Below, piece by piece: positions 10,124 to 24,440 of a stretch of DNA of 64,000 bases. This DNA is from Chrysomallon squamiferum (Eukaryota; Animalia; Mollusca), in contig CM022678.1 in the NCBI GenBank assembly GCA_012295275.1, positions 4,960,001-5,024,000 of the forward strand, read 5' to 3'. Under the pieces are notes generated by a model. That model was given only the letters and a program-made list of their open reading frames with translations, did not search any database and was not told the DNA's origin. The number at the start of each line of letters is the position of its first letter. Position 1 is the stretch's first letter. Position numbers and translations under genes: made by a program.

Positions 10124-11840
10124 TTAATAGTTGACAAACCATTTGGTGGCACATTTAACAGAAAAGTGACCGTCGTTTCTGCTTACTCCTATACCTCTCT
10201 GAGAGACGTCGACATCACCTTGTGTAGTGACGATCATGTATTTCCAGGAGGCATCTTTCTTTATCTTGGATTCCTTTGATCTCACTTCTTCAGTACTGAC
10301 ACTCTGAAGTAATTCGGCAGAAACTTCTCCAGAAGGACCAAACTCCAGGTTACTTGTCTTAAAGACTGTCCACTCCTGTGTCGTACAATCATCTGATCCT
10401 CCGTTTCCTCCACCTTGTCCGCCATTACCTTCATCTGGTTTGCGGTTACCTTCATCTGGTTTGCCGTTACCTTCATCTGGTTTGCCGTTACTTTCATCTG
10501 GTTTGCCGTAACCTTCATCTGGTTTGCCGTTACCTTCATCTGGTTTGCCGTAACCTTCATCTGGTTTGCCGTTACCTTCATCTGGTTTGCCGTAACCTTC
10601 ATCTGGTTTGCCGTTACCTTCATCTGGTTTGCTGTAACCTTCATCTGGTTTGCCGTGACCTTCATCTGGTTTTCCGTTACCTTCATCTGGTTTGCCGTTT
10701 CCTTCATCTGATTTTTCTTGTCCTGCGCTTGGTTTTCCGTGTCCTCCACATGGTCTGCTGTACCTGTGCCACAGATATCCACCTTGTCCTTGTGGCTTAT
10801 TTCCGTGAAGGTGTTTACGATGTACCTTGTTTCCATTACCTGTCCTATTGTGTTGAATCTTAAGAGGCGATGATACGGTTCTTCTTCAAAAGTTTTCCAG
10901 CTGGCCTTACTTACGTATGACGTTGAAATAAAATTGATACTACTGAACGCAAAAGTCATGTCACAGTTAGCGGCGTATCCTTCTTCTCCTAATGATGGAA
11001 TTATATATCTGATAGGTTGCGCCTGTATTACCCCAGCCAAAAGGTCGCTATTCTGCCAGAAACGGCTTCTCCTTTATCGTCGACTTCATAAACCTTACGC
11101 CATCGACTGTCGCAGAAATCTGGAAGGTGAAAAATTCATAAGGTAACATAATAAAATGGGCGCAGTTCGATGGATGTCCAAACCTCCTCAGACAAATGGA
11201 ATCTTGGACCCATATATGATGTAATTTTTTAATATAAATATTTCCAGGTTATTGTGGTATTAATTTGTGGAATCTGTCGTCGCTACTGACAAAGTAGGGC
11301 AGTAAAATAGTACTATTTCAAACTAATTTAATGTCATATTTTGCGTCTTGAAAATTTTAAGAATAGCAGCTATATTTTTCTTATTTCTATTTGTTTTTAT
11401 ATTTCATTCTGAGGCAGAAACATCGATTTCTAATTCTTGGATCATCAAAGGTACTGTTTAGTGGTTTAGGAACTAAGTGTATCGTTCAGTTTTCCATCAA
11501 CATCAACAGAAAGCAACAGAAAGCACAATTAGCTATAACTGTTTCATATCTAGACATATCACACGATATAGCTTTACTCTTTATATGTAGATACAACTTT
11601 TTGTTTTTCTTTTCTTCCCAGCATCATCGTATGAGTAAAACAGGAGAACAATCTCTAACATAGTTTTATATAAATTATAGGTAAATACTATGCCATATAA
11701 AAGTATAGTAAGTATTAAAGTGGGAAAGGAAGAAAAGAAATGATGATATTCTTACCACATTGTTCTGCAGTTGCTGTTGTAGTTGTGAGTAGAACTAGCA
11801 GAAATTTCGCACAGTGTGGTAGATTTGAAAGATCCTTCAT
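10124..11840 (-). pseudogene. Gene B: signal exon 11756-11840 and main exon 10124-11119, with a 1-nt frameshift and a ~0.89-kb internal deletion
   Basis: Signal exon MKDLSNLPHCAKFLLVLLTTTTATAEQC(G). A -1 shift near 11052 gives an early TAA. Domain 1 (…FTEISHK) is fused to the pre-array linker at 10787-10789. The C-terminus …KWFVNY* ends at 10124. Confidence 0.85.
10422..10740 (-). repeat. 21-bp minisatellite of gene B, ~14 units
   Basis: GGCAAACCAGATGAAGGT(A/T)AC tandem units. Confidence 0.93.
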
Positions 11841-11861
11841 AATGAACTCAGTCTAAAATAG

Positions 11862-11906
<45 letters not shown>

Positions 11907-12640
11907 TACAAGAAGGGGAAAACCTACAAACACGAATTCAAATAGAATATAAATTAATATAATATAATATATATAAAGGTAATACCATTGTATGCTATAA
12001 TACTGTCGTCTGTTATATATGTTTTTAGTATTATTTTATTTATTTATTCATTATTGCTTATAGTATTAATTAATATGTTATATTATTTATTTGTTATAGA
12101 AGTCATAAATGATATTAATGATAATGGTTGTAGTTGTATTACATTTACACACTGGCTTTTCGTGCCTGATTAATTCATAAAATGTTCATTTGTTACTTGT
12201 AATCACATAGTGTTATGTGCTAACGAATAATATGACTATAATTTAAATCAACAGTCACATTAAATTGAAACGTATAGACGTAAGCACGGACAGATATATC
12301 TAACAATCTATAAATATAGATATAGATGTAGATATATATGTACACATATATGTATATATATACATTATGTTTGTGTGTGTGTATGTATGTATGTATGTAT
12401 GTATGTATGTATGTATGTATGTATGTATGTATGTATGTATGTATGTATACATTTTACCGAATTTTAAAAAGGCTGTCAGTTAGTGACATCAACAATTTTA
12501 ACAACTAAAATTGCTATCTCTTCCTATTTCTCTGTCTATAACCAGATGAGAACCGTTCACAAAATAAGTAAGATATAAGCAAGACAAAAGTTTCAGTAAA
12601 CAATTTCAGGTCTGAACACTGTTGATGATATATGAATTGG

Positions 12641-12716
12641 ACTTACCCTTGACTAGTTCACTATCTCTGCGATTCTCTTCGAATGTGACAAATTCAGTGA
12701 CTGTGTTAAACTTATA
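12641..12716 (-). promoter_or_regulatory. Gene B TATA/Inr/exon-1 cassette
   Basis: TATAAG at 12716-12711 and donor GTAAGT at 12646-12641; homologous to the gene A cassette. Confidence 0.65.
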
Positions 12717-13253
12717 GAAATATTCAAATCAACCGATAATTGTTTTTTGTTTTCGCAACATGTGGCTTTCAGTCAAATAATCTTAGGTTGGAAAACGATT
12801 ATTTATCTTTATTAATCAATAAAAAAGAACAAACTAACATTTGTATATTTCAGATTTATTTTCAATCATTGGTAAAGAAGTTTCAAAATAATGAACAGCG
12901 TTGATATATTTATATATATATATATATATTTTTTAATCAGGCGAATTATGGAAATATATGATATGAAACTTCAAAGTTTCTAGTTCAAAGAATGCCTTTT
13001 ATGTTTTGCCATACATCGTGCTGAAATTTGTTTTATAACGACAAAATTGTTTTGTAATGCTGTTTCGAGATCAGCGTATTTATTCGCTTGTAATATGCAC
13101 TTTTACACGCTTACTTACACTAAAGTAATGGGTATATTCATTGCATATGTTAACATAAAAGTTTCATGTTTCTTCTTCTTCTTTTTGTTTGTTTTTGGCC
13201 CAGCTATTTTAATATAATATTTTGTTTATTTATTGATTTATTTATTTGTTTGT

Positions 13254-13313
<60 letters not shown>

Positions 13314-13989
13314 ACGCTGTACTCATCTGATTCCGAAATTGCCTGTCTCTGCAACCTCCGCGTTTGAATTCATACTAATTAAACTATCGTACCTACTACA
13401 CTATCTTTCTACACATACCCAACCACACCCACCCACATACACCCACACCCACATACACACACACACATATATAAAGATAGATAAATAAAAAGACTGCAGT
13501 AATTAAACCCCCGTAATTAGGAATGCGTTTGCATAGCATTGCAATAATAAAGGGAGAATGTTAAAAATTATTCTCTATTAAGAAAGTAAGATATCAAAAA
13601 GAACAAACGATATCAAATGATATAAAATGAACAAAGATGGCTGCTCTGCAAAATAGAATAATGATTATTCCTAAATCAAAGTGATGTGCGTGTATTAGTT
13701 GCGACAGCTTTTTGTTTAATTATCCTTTTTAATTTTATAATTTTATTTATGAGTGATTCTGTTCACGTTTGAACGTAAGTTCAACATTCGGAATGGCATG
13801 GATGGGAGAACACCTGATTAAATATTGATTTTATGACAAATGTCAAATAGAACAGGAAATTTGTGTTTTTCGTACATCGAACTGTGTTAACATTATAATT
13901 ATATGAAGCCAGGGTTTAAAATTTCAAGTTTCAATCTGTTTCATCGTTATTACACTATGACATTCTTGTTTAAAGGTTTTTCTATGAAG

Positions 13990-14090
<101 letters not shown>

Positions 14091-14399
14091 ATGGCAGTTT
14101 GAAAGGGGAAAACTCGATTCCTTCACTTTTGTGTGTATATATATATATGAACCTTTCACTATTACTGACAAGGAGATGGTTCTAGATGAGTAATTTGGCA
14201 GAGAGAGAGCGAGAGAGCTTGACAGATTCCAACACAATCAATTTAGTTCACGAATAATACTATTCTTCTGCGTTCTCAGAGCTATACTCAGCAACTAATA
14301 ATGTATTGCAGACTAAGCATATCTAGTTATGTATTTAGTTTACCTGCTAAATGAATATCAAATTTATTATTTTAATTTCTATGACAGGAAGAAATAAAA

Positions 14400-15630
14400 T
14401 GGAAATAACATATTTCAGTCATCACTAAACTTAGCGGAAAATTCTTCGACAGGACCGTTAACAAGTAATGATCCTCTGAACCGCCATATCGATGTCCTTT
14501 TCACATTAGAGCCATGTTTGAAGTTAATTATGCTGGTAAAATGTTTTCTTTTAATAGAAATCAAAAGGCCACCTTGGTGTGAGCATACTATTTGACATTT
14601 ATTGTGCAGTGTGTGATACTGGAAGAACAAACCGCAACATTTTAGTGTTATTGGACTAAGTGCAAAAAGTGCAAAATCTCATCAGATTGTCTCTCAGCGG
14701 TATCTTTTAAAATGTTTCCATTATCTTGACGTCTCTGCTATGTAAATTCAGCACATTTTAGAAACATTTATCACAATAGAGACGTGTCTATACTTTTGAT
14801 TCAACGATGATCAATATTCTAGTATTCTAGTTTTTAATTATTAGCAATTCGCATTCCGTACTAAGATTGTCAATAATGTAATTAAGACACGGAAAGTATG
14901 GCACGTGCTCTGAACTGATTTTAAAAGACAACACCAAGAAAAAAACCCACAAAAAAACAAACAAAAAAAAACGAAAAAACAACACAGAAAAATAACAACA
15001 AAAGGCCCCAAAGTAAAAAAAACCCAAAACCAACAAAAAAACACCACCTATAAAACAAACAGTTGCATGTACGAATAGATGTCACTAAAGACGAACGTCG
15101 TATTTATTTCATTTTGGCAAAAGACGGTAAAATGCTGGCAGGATCTGAACTGATTAGTAATTTCGTCCTGGAGCCTGAACTTGAGTGTTTAATAAGAACG
15201 AGGTACAATGCTAATAATTACCTGAACGAAATAACGTCACTAAAAATATTTATTTTAATATTTTACTTTATTTTAGCAAGACTTGAGAAAAAAACATTTG
15301 AGGATGAGAAATTAGTAGTGGTTTTGTCCCGGACCTGTAACGTGAATATCAAATAACAAAATACGTAAAATACAAACAATTCCCTGTACGAAATGACGTC
15401 ATTAAAGATGAACCTTTCTATTTATAGATGTTTATCTGTTTTTTAATGCTGTTCTAAGTTTTGAAATTTGAAACTGTTATTCGATGAAGTAATTATTTCC
15501 AGAAAGGTGGTAACTCTTGGTATTATGTCTGTTGTATGGTTTCCTTGACCAGTAACAGAGTGCATCACAGCCATATTGTTTTGAAGTTAATGTCAATTAT
15601 TGGTTCCTAAAATATAATTCACTGCATTGT
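14400..15630. repeat. Duplicated downstream-flank block of the gene unit
   Basis: Similar to ~31860-32570, ~60490-60620 and ~62890-63740, and in reverse complement to ~54630-55030. Confidence 0.75.
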
Positions 15631-16077
15631 AAATAATAATAATAATAATAAAACATAATACAATGTAATGAATGCACGTGAATTAATTTGAAGTATCAAT
15701 AAAAGTGATTATATTAAGTCATTCTGGCGTTTTAAAACATTTATTTTAATTTTATTATTATTTTTTTTTAAGTCAGAACATATAGTTCAAATATTTGATA
15801 TTTTTCTACGGGGCGATTAAGAGTGATTAGCCACAGTTTGAAAAGTTTAAAACTACTTAGTTTAGTTTTCCTATTTTCCGCCGAAAACAGCCTGTGTACT
15901 TTTAAATGATTAAATGTTATTTGAAAAAGAAACTTTCCGATTTCCAAGTAAAAGAAAAAAAGGAAGATCTTCAAGAGTAAACTTATATTTTCGGAATCAG
16001 AAAACTTCATATACATTACATTCAGCAGAAACGGAAAATAGACAAATAAAAAGCGAAAACATATAACATGTGTCATA

Positions 16078-16106
16078 ACAACAACAACAACAATAACAAC
16101 AACAAC

Positions 16107-16169
<63 letters not shown>

Positions 16170-16236
16170 AAGAAGAAGAAGAAGAAGAAGAAAGAAAAAG
16201 AAGAAGGAGAAGAAGAAGAAAAACAACAACAACAAC
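16078..16236. repeat. Compound (AAC)/(AAT)/(AAG) microsatellite 3' of gene C
   Basis: Direct inspection; related compound tracts follow the other copies. Confidence 0.9.
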
Positions 16237-16252
16237 AAAGACTTCAGTTTGC

Positions 16253-16258
16253 TTTATT
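16253..16258 (-). promoter_or_regulatory. Putative poly(A) signal AATAAA of gene C
   Basis: About 100 nt after the stop. Positionally conserved in E (33359-33364), F (53762-53767, plus strand) and B (ATTAAA at 10068-10073). Confidence 0.55.
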
Positions 16259-16358
16259 GCTGTAGGTATATATATATAAATGTGTTTGTGTGTGTGTGTC
16301 TGTGTGTGTCTGTGTGTGTATGTGTGTCTGTGTTTGTGTTTCTGTGTTTGTGTGTGTG

Positions 16359-18105
16359 TTAATAGTTTACAAACCACTTGATGGCATATTTAACAGAAAA
16401 GTGACCGTCATTTCTGCATACTCCTATACCTCTCTGAGAGACGTCGACATCACCTTGTGTAGTGACGATCATGTATTTCCAGAAGGCATCTTTCTTTATT
16501 TTGAATTCCTTTGATCCCACTTCTTCAGTACTGACACTCTGAAGTAATTCGGCAGAAACTTCTCCAGAAGGACCTAACTCCAGGTTACTTGTCTTAAACA
16601 CTGTCCACTCCTGAGTCGTACAATCATCTGATCCGCCGAGTCCTCCATCCTGTCCTTCATCTGGTTTCCCGTTTCCTTCATCTGGTTTCCCGTTTCCTTC
16701 ATCTGGTTTACCGTTACCTTCATCTGGTTTGCCGTTACCATTATCTGGTTCGCCGTTACCTTCATCTGGTTTTCCGTTACCTTCATCTGGTTTACCAGTT
16801 CCTTCATCTGGTTTGCCGTTACCTTCATCTGGTTTTCCGTGTCCTCCACATGGTTTGCCGTGCCTGTGCCACAGACATCCACCTTGTCCGTCATTTCCCC
16901 AGCAGACAACCTCTCTTTTCTTCGGTGTGTTTGAAGCTGGTTTGCTGTCATCAATCTGAAGAGCCACACGTACCTCAGCACCATTTTGGACAGCGGTTCT
17001 CAAGTCTGCTTTCGATCCAAATACTACATCGCCGTTTTTGTTTGTTGTCAAAACATTTTTCCATGGTTTTGTATCAACAAACCATTTGATTTTTTTCTTT
17101 TCCGTTTCTTCACCAGCAGAAGTGCCGTTAAATAACCTGTGTTTAAGTGTCGCCACTGTTCCTGTCGTATGCGCCATCTGCCAGTACCAGAATCCTCTCA
17201 ATTTGCCATCGACTTCTTCATCATAGAGACGATTCAAAAGCTGAGCAGATATCTGTCCCGATTTTGTCCTCACGTTATCTGCCTCAATCGAGAAGTTTTC
17301 CATAACAACCTTCGCCCTGTGTTAGCGGCACAAATCAGTTCAGAAAGAGACCCATCTACTCCATCACCATTTTCATCATTCGTAAACACGTGTTTCCAAC
17401 AGGAGTCGGCGTACCATCTCCCTGACATCATCGTGTTGATTCGAATAATATGCGTCTCACCGGGAGAAAAAGCGTACCTCACACCGCGACCGGTTGAGTA
17501 GACGTTCATAAAGTCCCAGGCTGGACTCTGACTCATCACTACGTCCCAGATAAACTGTCCGACAACGATCCCGTCTTCGGTGACTTTTATATTTCGACAT
17601 GACTCCGTGTATGTATCGATCCACGTTTCTGTGACGTCGTGTTCAGACACGACTGATGAGATAAGCGAATCTAATAAACCACTGGCTACTTTCCCTCTCC
17701 CCGAGTGTTCAAGAAGCAGCGAACTACACGATGAACTCTTAACAAACCACTGGATTCCTGCCATGTACTTGATGTGTTTTATTTTCCTGAAGTCGTTCAC
17801 GAGGTGCCTTATTTCCATTATGTCTCCTGTTGTGGACATTCTTAAGAGGCGGTGATACGGTTCTTCTTCAAACCTTTTCCAGCTGGACTTACTTACGTAT
17901 GTTGTTGAAAGGAAAAAGATAAAAGTGGTCCTGACAAAAGTCACCTCACAGTTACCAGCGTATCCTTCTTCTCCTAATGAAGGAATTAAATATCTGAGAG
18001 GTTCTGCTTGTTTAGCAGCAGCCAGAAGCTCGTCATAACTGCCAGAAACATCTTTTCCTTGATCATCGACCTCATAAACTTTATGCCATTCACTGTCGCA
18101 GAAAT
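16359..18105 (-). pseudogene. Gene C main exon, frameshifted by a 7-nt deletion in domain 3 (pseudogene, or truncated ~306-aa product)
   Basis: ORFs 17270-18124 and 16359-17303 are the two halves. Gene A has ctgtgtccatggttagc where C has ctgtgttagc (17321). Acceptor at 18106-18107. Confidence 0.88.
16651..16840 (-). repeat. 21-bp minisatellite of gene C, 9 units
   Basis: G[KE]PD[EN]G[NTQ] x9 in ORF 16359-17303. Confidence 0.93.
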
Positions 18106-18556
18106 CTGGAAGGTGAAAAATCATCAGCTAACATAACAAAATGGACGCAGTTTGATAGAGAGGAAAGCATCATCAAACAAATCGAAGCTTGGGCCTATAA
18201 ATGATGTAGTACAAGTTATTGTATTATTATTTTGTGGAATCTGTCGTCGCTAATGACAAAGTCGGTCAGTAGAATAATACTATTACAAACTAAGTGAATG
18301 CCATATTTTGCGTCTTCAAAATATCAAAACTAGCAGCTGTGTTTTTATACTGTTCAAATGTTTGAAATATAGTAATGAGCAATATAAAATCCTTTATTGG
18401 TTGATACCTTTTTTTTCTTTTTTTCCCCAGCATCCCCGTATGATTGAAAAAGCAGACCAATCTCTAACATAATGTTATATGAGTTACACCTAAACAGTAT
18501 GAAATGCAAAAGTATATTAAATATTAAAGTAAGAAACGAAATCATGATATTCTTAC

Positions 18557-18641
18557 CACATTGTTCTGCAGTTGCTGTCGTAGTTGTCAGTATAACGAGC
18601 AGAAATTTCGCACAGTGTGGTAGATTTGAAACACCCTTCAT
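18557..18641 (-). CDS. Gene C signal-peptide exon MKGVSNLPHCAKFLLVILTTTTATAEQC(G)
   Basis: ATG at 18641, donor gtaaga, 85 nt, phase 1. Confidence 0.85.
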
Positions 18642-18662
18642 AATGAACTCAGTCTAAAACAG

Positions 18663-18702
<40 letters not shown>

Positions 18703-19096
18703 GTGTTATTAAAATGTAGAAGAGGAGAAAAGAGAATCCCAGAAAGAACTGAAATATAATATAAATTAAAATGGTACCGGTGCATGAATAAACTACTGTG
18801 TTATGCTATATTTGTTCTTAATATCATTTCATTTATTTATAATAGTTGCAGTTGTAAAGTGTTAACTTTACATACTACCTGATCGTTATTTGACAATGCT
18901 GCCTGATTAACTGATAAAATATTCAAGTGTTACTAAACATCACACAGTTGTATGTGTTAACGGATGATATGACTATAATTTAAATGAACAGTCACATTAA
19001 ACTGAAACACATGCACACGGACAGACAAACATATTTTTAACGATCTACATCTGTATCTATCTATCTATCTATTTATGTATCTATAATACTTCTACT

Positions 19097-19130
<34 letters not shown>

Positions 19131-19311
19131 ATAATAATAATAATAATAATAACAATAATAATAACAATAATAATAATAGTAGTAATAATAATAATAATAA
19201 ATAAATTAATTAATTCATTAATACAAAATAATATTTGAATCTTATTTACAATGAAATCCAAATTTTTACGCACTTATATATGTGAGTGTGTCTATGTGTT
19301 TCGATCGTTGC

Positions 19312-19377
<66 letters not shown>

Positions 19378-19678
19378 TGGGAATAATGACACGCATGGGA
19401 AATATGTCTATATAATTTGGTATTCATAATTGAAACTCAGATTTATATTTTTTTTATGATGAGATGGCCTCTACTAAGCCCTACCTAAAATAAACGAAAG
19501 ACTATGAACAAAAGTTATTAATCTCTCTTAATATATCTCTATTTATAAACAGAAGGAAATTATTCACATATAAAAAATAGAAGAAATAAACGACAAAAGA
19601 AAATAGAAAGAAAAAAGCAACACAAACGTTTCAATAAATAATTTAAGTACTGAAAACTGTTGATGATATACGGATTGG

Positions 19679-19754
19679 ACTTACCCGTGGCTAGCTCACT
19701 ATCTCTGCGATTCTCTTCAAATGTGAAAAATTGATTGACTGTCTTAAATTTATA
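19679..19754 (-). promoter_or_regulatory. Gene C TATA/Inr/exon-1 cassette
   Basis: TATAAA at 19754-19749 and donor GTAAGT at 19684-19679. Confidence 0.68.
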
Positions 19755-21278
19755 CAAATATTCAAATCAGTTGATAATTTGTTTTTTGCTAAATCACAGC
19801 TTGTAGTCGCAACATTTGGCTTCAATCAACTGATCTTAGCTTTGATAAAAAATATTTCGCTTTAGAAATCGATAAAAAAGAAGAAACTAACTTTTGTATA
19901 TTTCAAATTTATTGTCAACCTTTGCTGGTAATAAAGTTTCAAAATAATGAACCACGTCGATATATATACAGCAAAGTTTCTAGCTAAAATAATGCCTTTG
20001 ATATTTTGCCATACATCGTGTATTTTATGACGACATACATCGTGTTGAAATTTATTTTATGACAACAGAATGGTTTTGTAAACCCGATTTTTTTGGGATG
20101 ACCTATTTATTCGCATATAATAAGCAGCTTTTTCACACTTACTGATGCTAAAATGCTGGTTGTATTCATTACATACGATAAAAGATTATTGTTTTCTGTT
20201 TCTAATCTCACAGCTGTTTTAACATAACATTTTCTTTATTTATTTATGTATTTCTTTCTTTATATATTTATTTATTTATTGTTTTTAAACAGTGTACCGA
20301 TCTGATGCCGATATCACGTGGATCTGCAATCTCCTCATGGGAAATCATAGTAAGAACAAATTGTACTTAACACACTCTCTATATATGGAGAGATAGAGAG
20401 ATAGAGAGATAGATAAAGATAGAGATAGATAGATAGATATATAGAAAGATGTATTTATACATATAGATAGACAGACAGAGAAATATGAAGATAGATAGAT
20501 AGATAAATTGCAGTAATTAGTTCGCCAGGAGTGTGTTTGTATTACATTATAATAAAGGGAGAATGATAAAAATTATATCTAAAATATATAAAGTACAAAC
20601 GTTATCAAATTCGATATAAAATGAACAAAGGTAGATGCCCTGGATAATAGAATATTGATTATTCCTAAATCAAAGCGAGGAGCGTTTATAAGTTGCGACA
20701 GATGTTTTTGTTAATTAATTTTTTTTTATTTTTTTTTTTTTTTAAACTTTTTTTATATATATTTTTATTTGTGAGCGAAGCTGGTGTTTTTTGAAAGTGA
20801 GTTAGATATTCGGAACACAGATATAGATGGGCGAATACCTGATTAAATATTGATTTTATGACCAATCTGAAATTATTTGTTATTAATGGCCACGTTTAAA
20901 CCGAAGTATACGTTTTTCAGCACAAACAATATGAGAAAGACGTCTATAGCAGATGCTAATGTAATTTGTCTCAAGACAGTGTATTCTGATGAAGTTAAAT
21001 TCAAATCAAATACGAAAATGGAAGAAAACACAGCTGGTCATAGAAGCCTCTCACATATTTATTGTTTTATGTCAACCAGGCTACAGTTCATATACAAAAA
21101 AAAAAAAAAAAAAAAATCATCAGGGTTTTAGTTTCTGTTGGAAGATATATTTATTTATTTATTTATTTATTTAAATCAGTTAATATTTATAAAGTGATTC
21201 AATATTTTCAGTAACTACTAATATTATCTTCTTGAAAGTGATAACACAATAATCGTCTGTTTCTTTCTCTCTTACTCA

Positions 21279-21325
<47 letters not shown>

Positions 21326-21431
21326 ATTTTAAACCGTTCATTTAAATACAATGGTTCAGATGTCTATATAAAGTCGTAATCAACTACCTAACAAATAAGT
21401 TAATAATAAATGATATCGTAAGTGCTTGAGA

Positions 21432-21496
<65 letters not shown>

Positions 21497-22051
21497 TCTC
21501 ATATTTTTATTTTATTTATTTCATCTTCTTTTTTGTTTCTTTTTTATTTAAAAGGAAAATGTACAAAGGCAAAAACAACAACAAGAAAAAAAAATAAGAA
21601 AAAGATAAAGACATTTAAAAAACAAAACAAAATGAAAGCAGCAACAACAAATATTTATTAATGATTTTATTTTACTTATTCGCTAATCTTCAAACAGCTT
21701 GTATGATATTTAATTATCAAAAATCTAGGTCTTCGCTTTGATGGTGAACTAATTACTTTTGTCAGTTCGTTGTACGATTAATACGCTAATGCGTAAAATT
21801 ATGAACCAGATATGGCGACTTCGTGCTATGATTCGAGACGAATGATTTCAAAATTGTTTTTAGAGTCGACACTGCAATAAGGTCTCCATTTTATCCTTGT
21901 AAACTAGGTTTTTTTTTTTTTATTATGTTAAAACTATTTGATTTTGTTGTGCTACCGATGAATGACTGAGACTGTCACCTTAGGCCCTTATAACAATGGA
22001 TGACATTCAGGATTTTAAGCCAGTGTATCGTTATATTTGTACTAGTACTAT

Positions 22052-22092
<41 letters not shown>

Positions 22093-22466
22093 ATAATAAT
22101 AATAATAATAATTCTACTACTAATACTACTATTAGTACTGCTTTTACTCTACCACAACAAGTGTCACTACTAATGCTGTTACTACTACTTCTACAACTAA
22201 TAATAATAACTATATTGAGTCCTTCGAGCACTTTAGAACATTTATTTTACACTTCAAGTAGCAGCATATCGCTCAAATGTTTCATATCTTCTATGGGGCG
22301 ATTAAAGTTGATTTAACAAAAGCTGTAAGACAGTATATAGAGTTTTGAATTACTTATTTTAAACAAGAAAATACATAGAAATATTCAAAAGCCAGAACAT
22401 GTAACAAGTGTACTACTGCTACTACTACTACTACTACTACTATTGCTGCTACTGCTACTACTAGTA

Positions 22467-22530
<64 letters not shown>

Positions 22531-22635
22531 TATAATGAAGAAGAAGAAGAAAAACAACAAGAAAGACTTTAGTTTGCTTTATTACTGTACGTATATATAT
22601 ATATATATATAGTGAGAGAGTGTTTGTGTGTGATA

Positions 22636-23004
22636 ATAGTTGACAAACCATTTGATGGCATATTTAACAGAAAAGTGACCGTCATTTCTGTTTACTCCTA
22701 TACCTCTCTGAGAGACGTCGACATCACCTTGTGTAGTGACGATCATGTATTTCCAGAAGGCATCTTTCTTTATTTTCAATTCGTTTGATCCCATTTCTTC
22801 ATTACTGACACTCTGAAGTAACTCGGCGAAACCTCTCCAGAAGGACCTAGCTCCAGGTTACTACTCTTCAAGAATGTCCTCTCCTGTTCCTTTTATTAAT
22901 TTGAGCTGCCGTGTCTTCCACCTGATCTGCCGTCCATGTAAGGCAGGCATGCACATTGTCCGCTCATTTCTCACAAGACATATTTGAAGCTGGTTTGCTG
23001 TGAC

Positions 23005-23005
<1 letters not shown>
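22636..23005 (-). pseudogene. Second C-terminal relic with a single proto-repeat unit
   Basis: KIKKDAFWKYMIVTTQGDVDVSQRGIGVNRNDGHFSVKYAIKWFVNY (stop lost), plus a linker nearly identical to the 7.5-kb relic; no upstream domains. Confidence 0.85.
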
Positions 23006-23053
<48 letters not shown>

Positions 23054-23656
23054 CTATCATGTGATTATATGTATGCATGCATGTCTCTCTCTCTACAAAA
23101 TTGGAAATATCAAATTCGTTGGGTAAAATTCCATTTATGATAAAAAAAAAAAAAAATATAGAAATAAATAAAGAAGGAAATACAGAATGAAACAAAGAAA
23201 GAAAGGAAGCACTTTCTATAAAACTTGACTGGTATTTTTAGCTGAGAGACGTGTGTCACATTTTTCGACGGAGGTACAATTTCAGTGCGAACCATAAGCG
23301 CTGTGTTCTGTATATGTATTACAGGGGACACTTAAATGTATGACAGGAAACAAAGTTAAACCATACGATGCAATATTAAAATTGGAGTTAATTCCCTTTC
23401 GTCGACTCATGGTTTTACCTTCAAGGGAAGACTCCAGATGTAAACACACAGACACACACAAACACCGCGCGCGAGCGCGCTAAAAACACAGACAGACGTA
23501 CATTCATACATACAAACATTAAAAACAGAAAGATAATAACTGAAATAGAAATAAATGTGTTAGCAGCATTCGTTTATAAATTAGCGTAAATATTTGCTAA
23601 ATACAAGAGCGTTTGTACAAAACAAACCGCGTATTTTTGTTTTCAGGCCTACCACT

Positions 23657-23696
<40 letters not shown>

Positions 23697-24252
23697 AAAC
23701 AAAATAAAAAAAATAAAAAATAAAAATAAAAAAAATAAAAATAAAAAATAAATAAATAAATAAGTAAATAAATAAATACAGTAGGTAAAAGCAACAGAAA
23801 AAAAATAAAATTGAAAATGATATAAAAAAATCATAGTAATAATCAAAACTAATACCTGAACAAATGCTATACTTCTAAAAATTACTTTTTCTCTATTATT
23901 GTATTACGATTATTTATTCTTATATTAATATTCTTTTACTCTCCCTGGGTATACGGAGAAAGATAAATAACTAAATTAACATGAAATAAATAATTGCATA
24001 AATAAATAAATAATGGAGGTAAGAATAAAAACACCACAATTGCTACTGCTGCTTCCAGAAATTATATTAATACTACTACTTAAACTTGTTCAGCTACTGC
24101 TGCTACTGTTAGTACAACCACTACTACTAAACTGCAGTTGCATTGTTACTACTGTTTCTAGTACTTCTGGAACCTAGCCAACATGTTTTTTTTTTTGGTC
24201 TCTTGTTTAAGGAATTTCTGTTGTAATTTGCATGTGTGTTACTGTTCAAAAG

Positions 24253-24440
24253 TTAATAGTTGACAAACCATTTGATGGCATGTTTAACAGAAAAGTGACC
24301 GCCATTTCTGTTTACTCCTATACCTCTCTGAGAGACGTCGACATCACCTTGTGTAGTGACGATCATGTATTTCCAGAAGGCATCTTTCTTTATTTTGAAT
24401 TCCTTTGATCCCAGTTCTTCTGTACTGACACTCTGAAGTA
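24253..24440 (-). pseudogene. Short C-terminal relic (last ~60 codons)
   Basis: LQSVSTEELGSKEFKIKKDAFWKYMIVTTQGDV...KWFVNY*, abruptly truncated on its 5' side. Confidence 0.85.
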
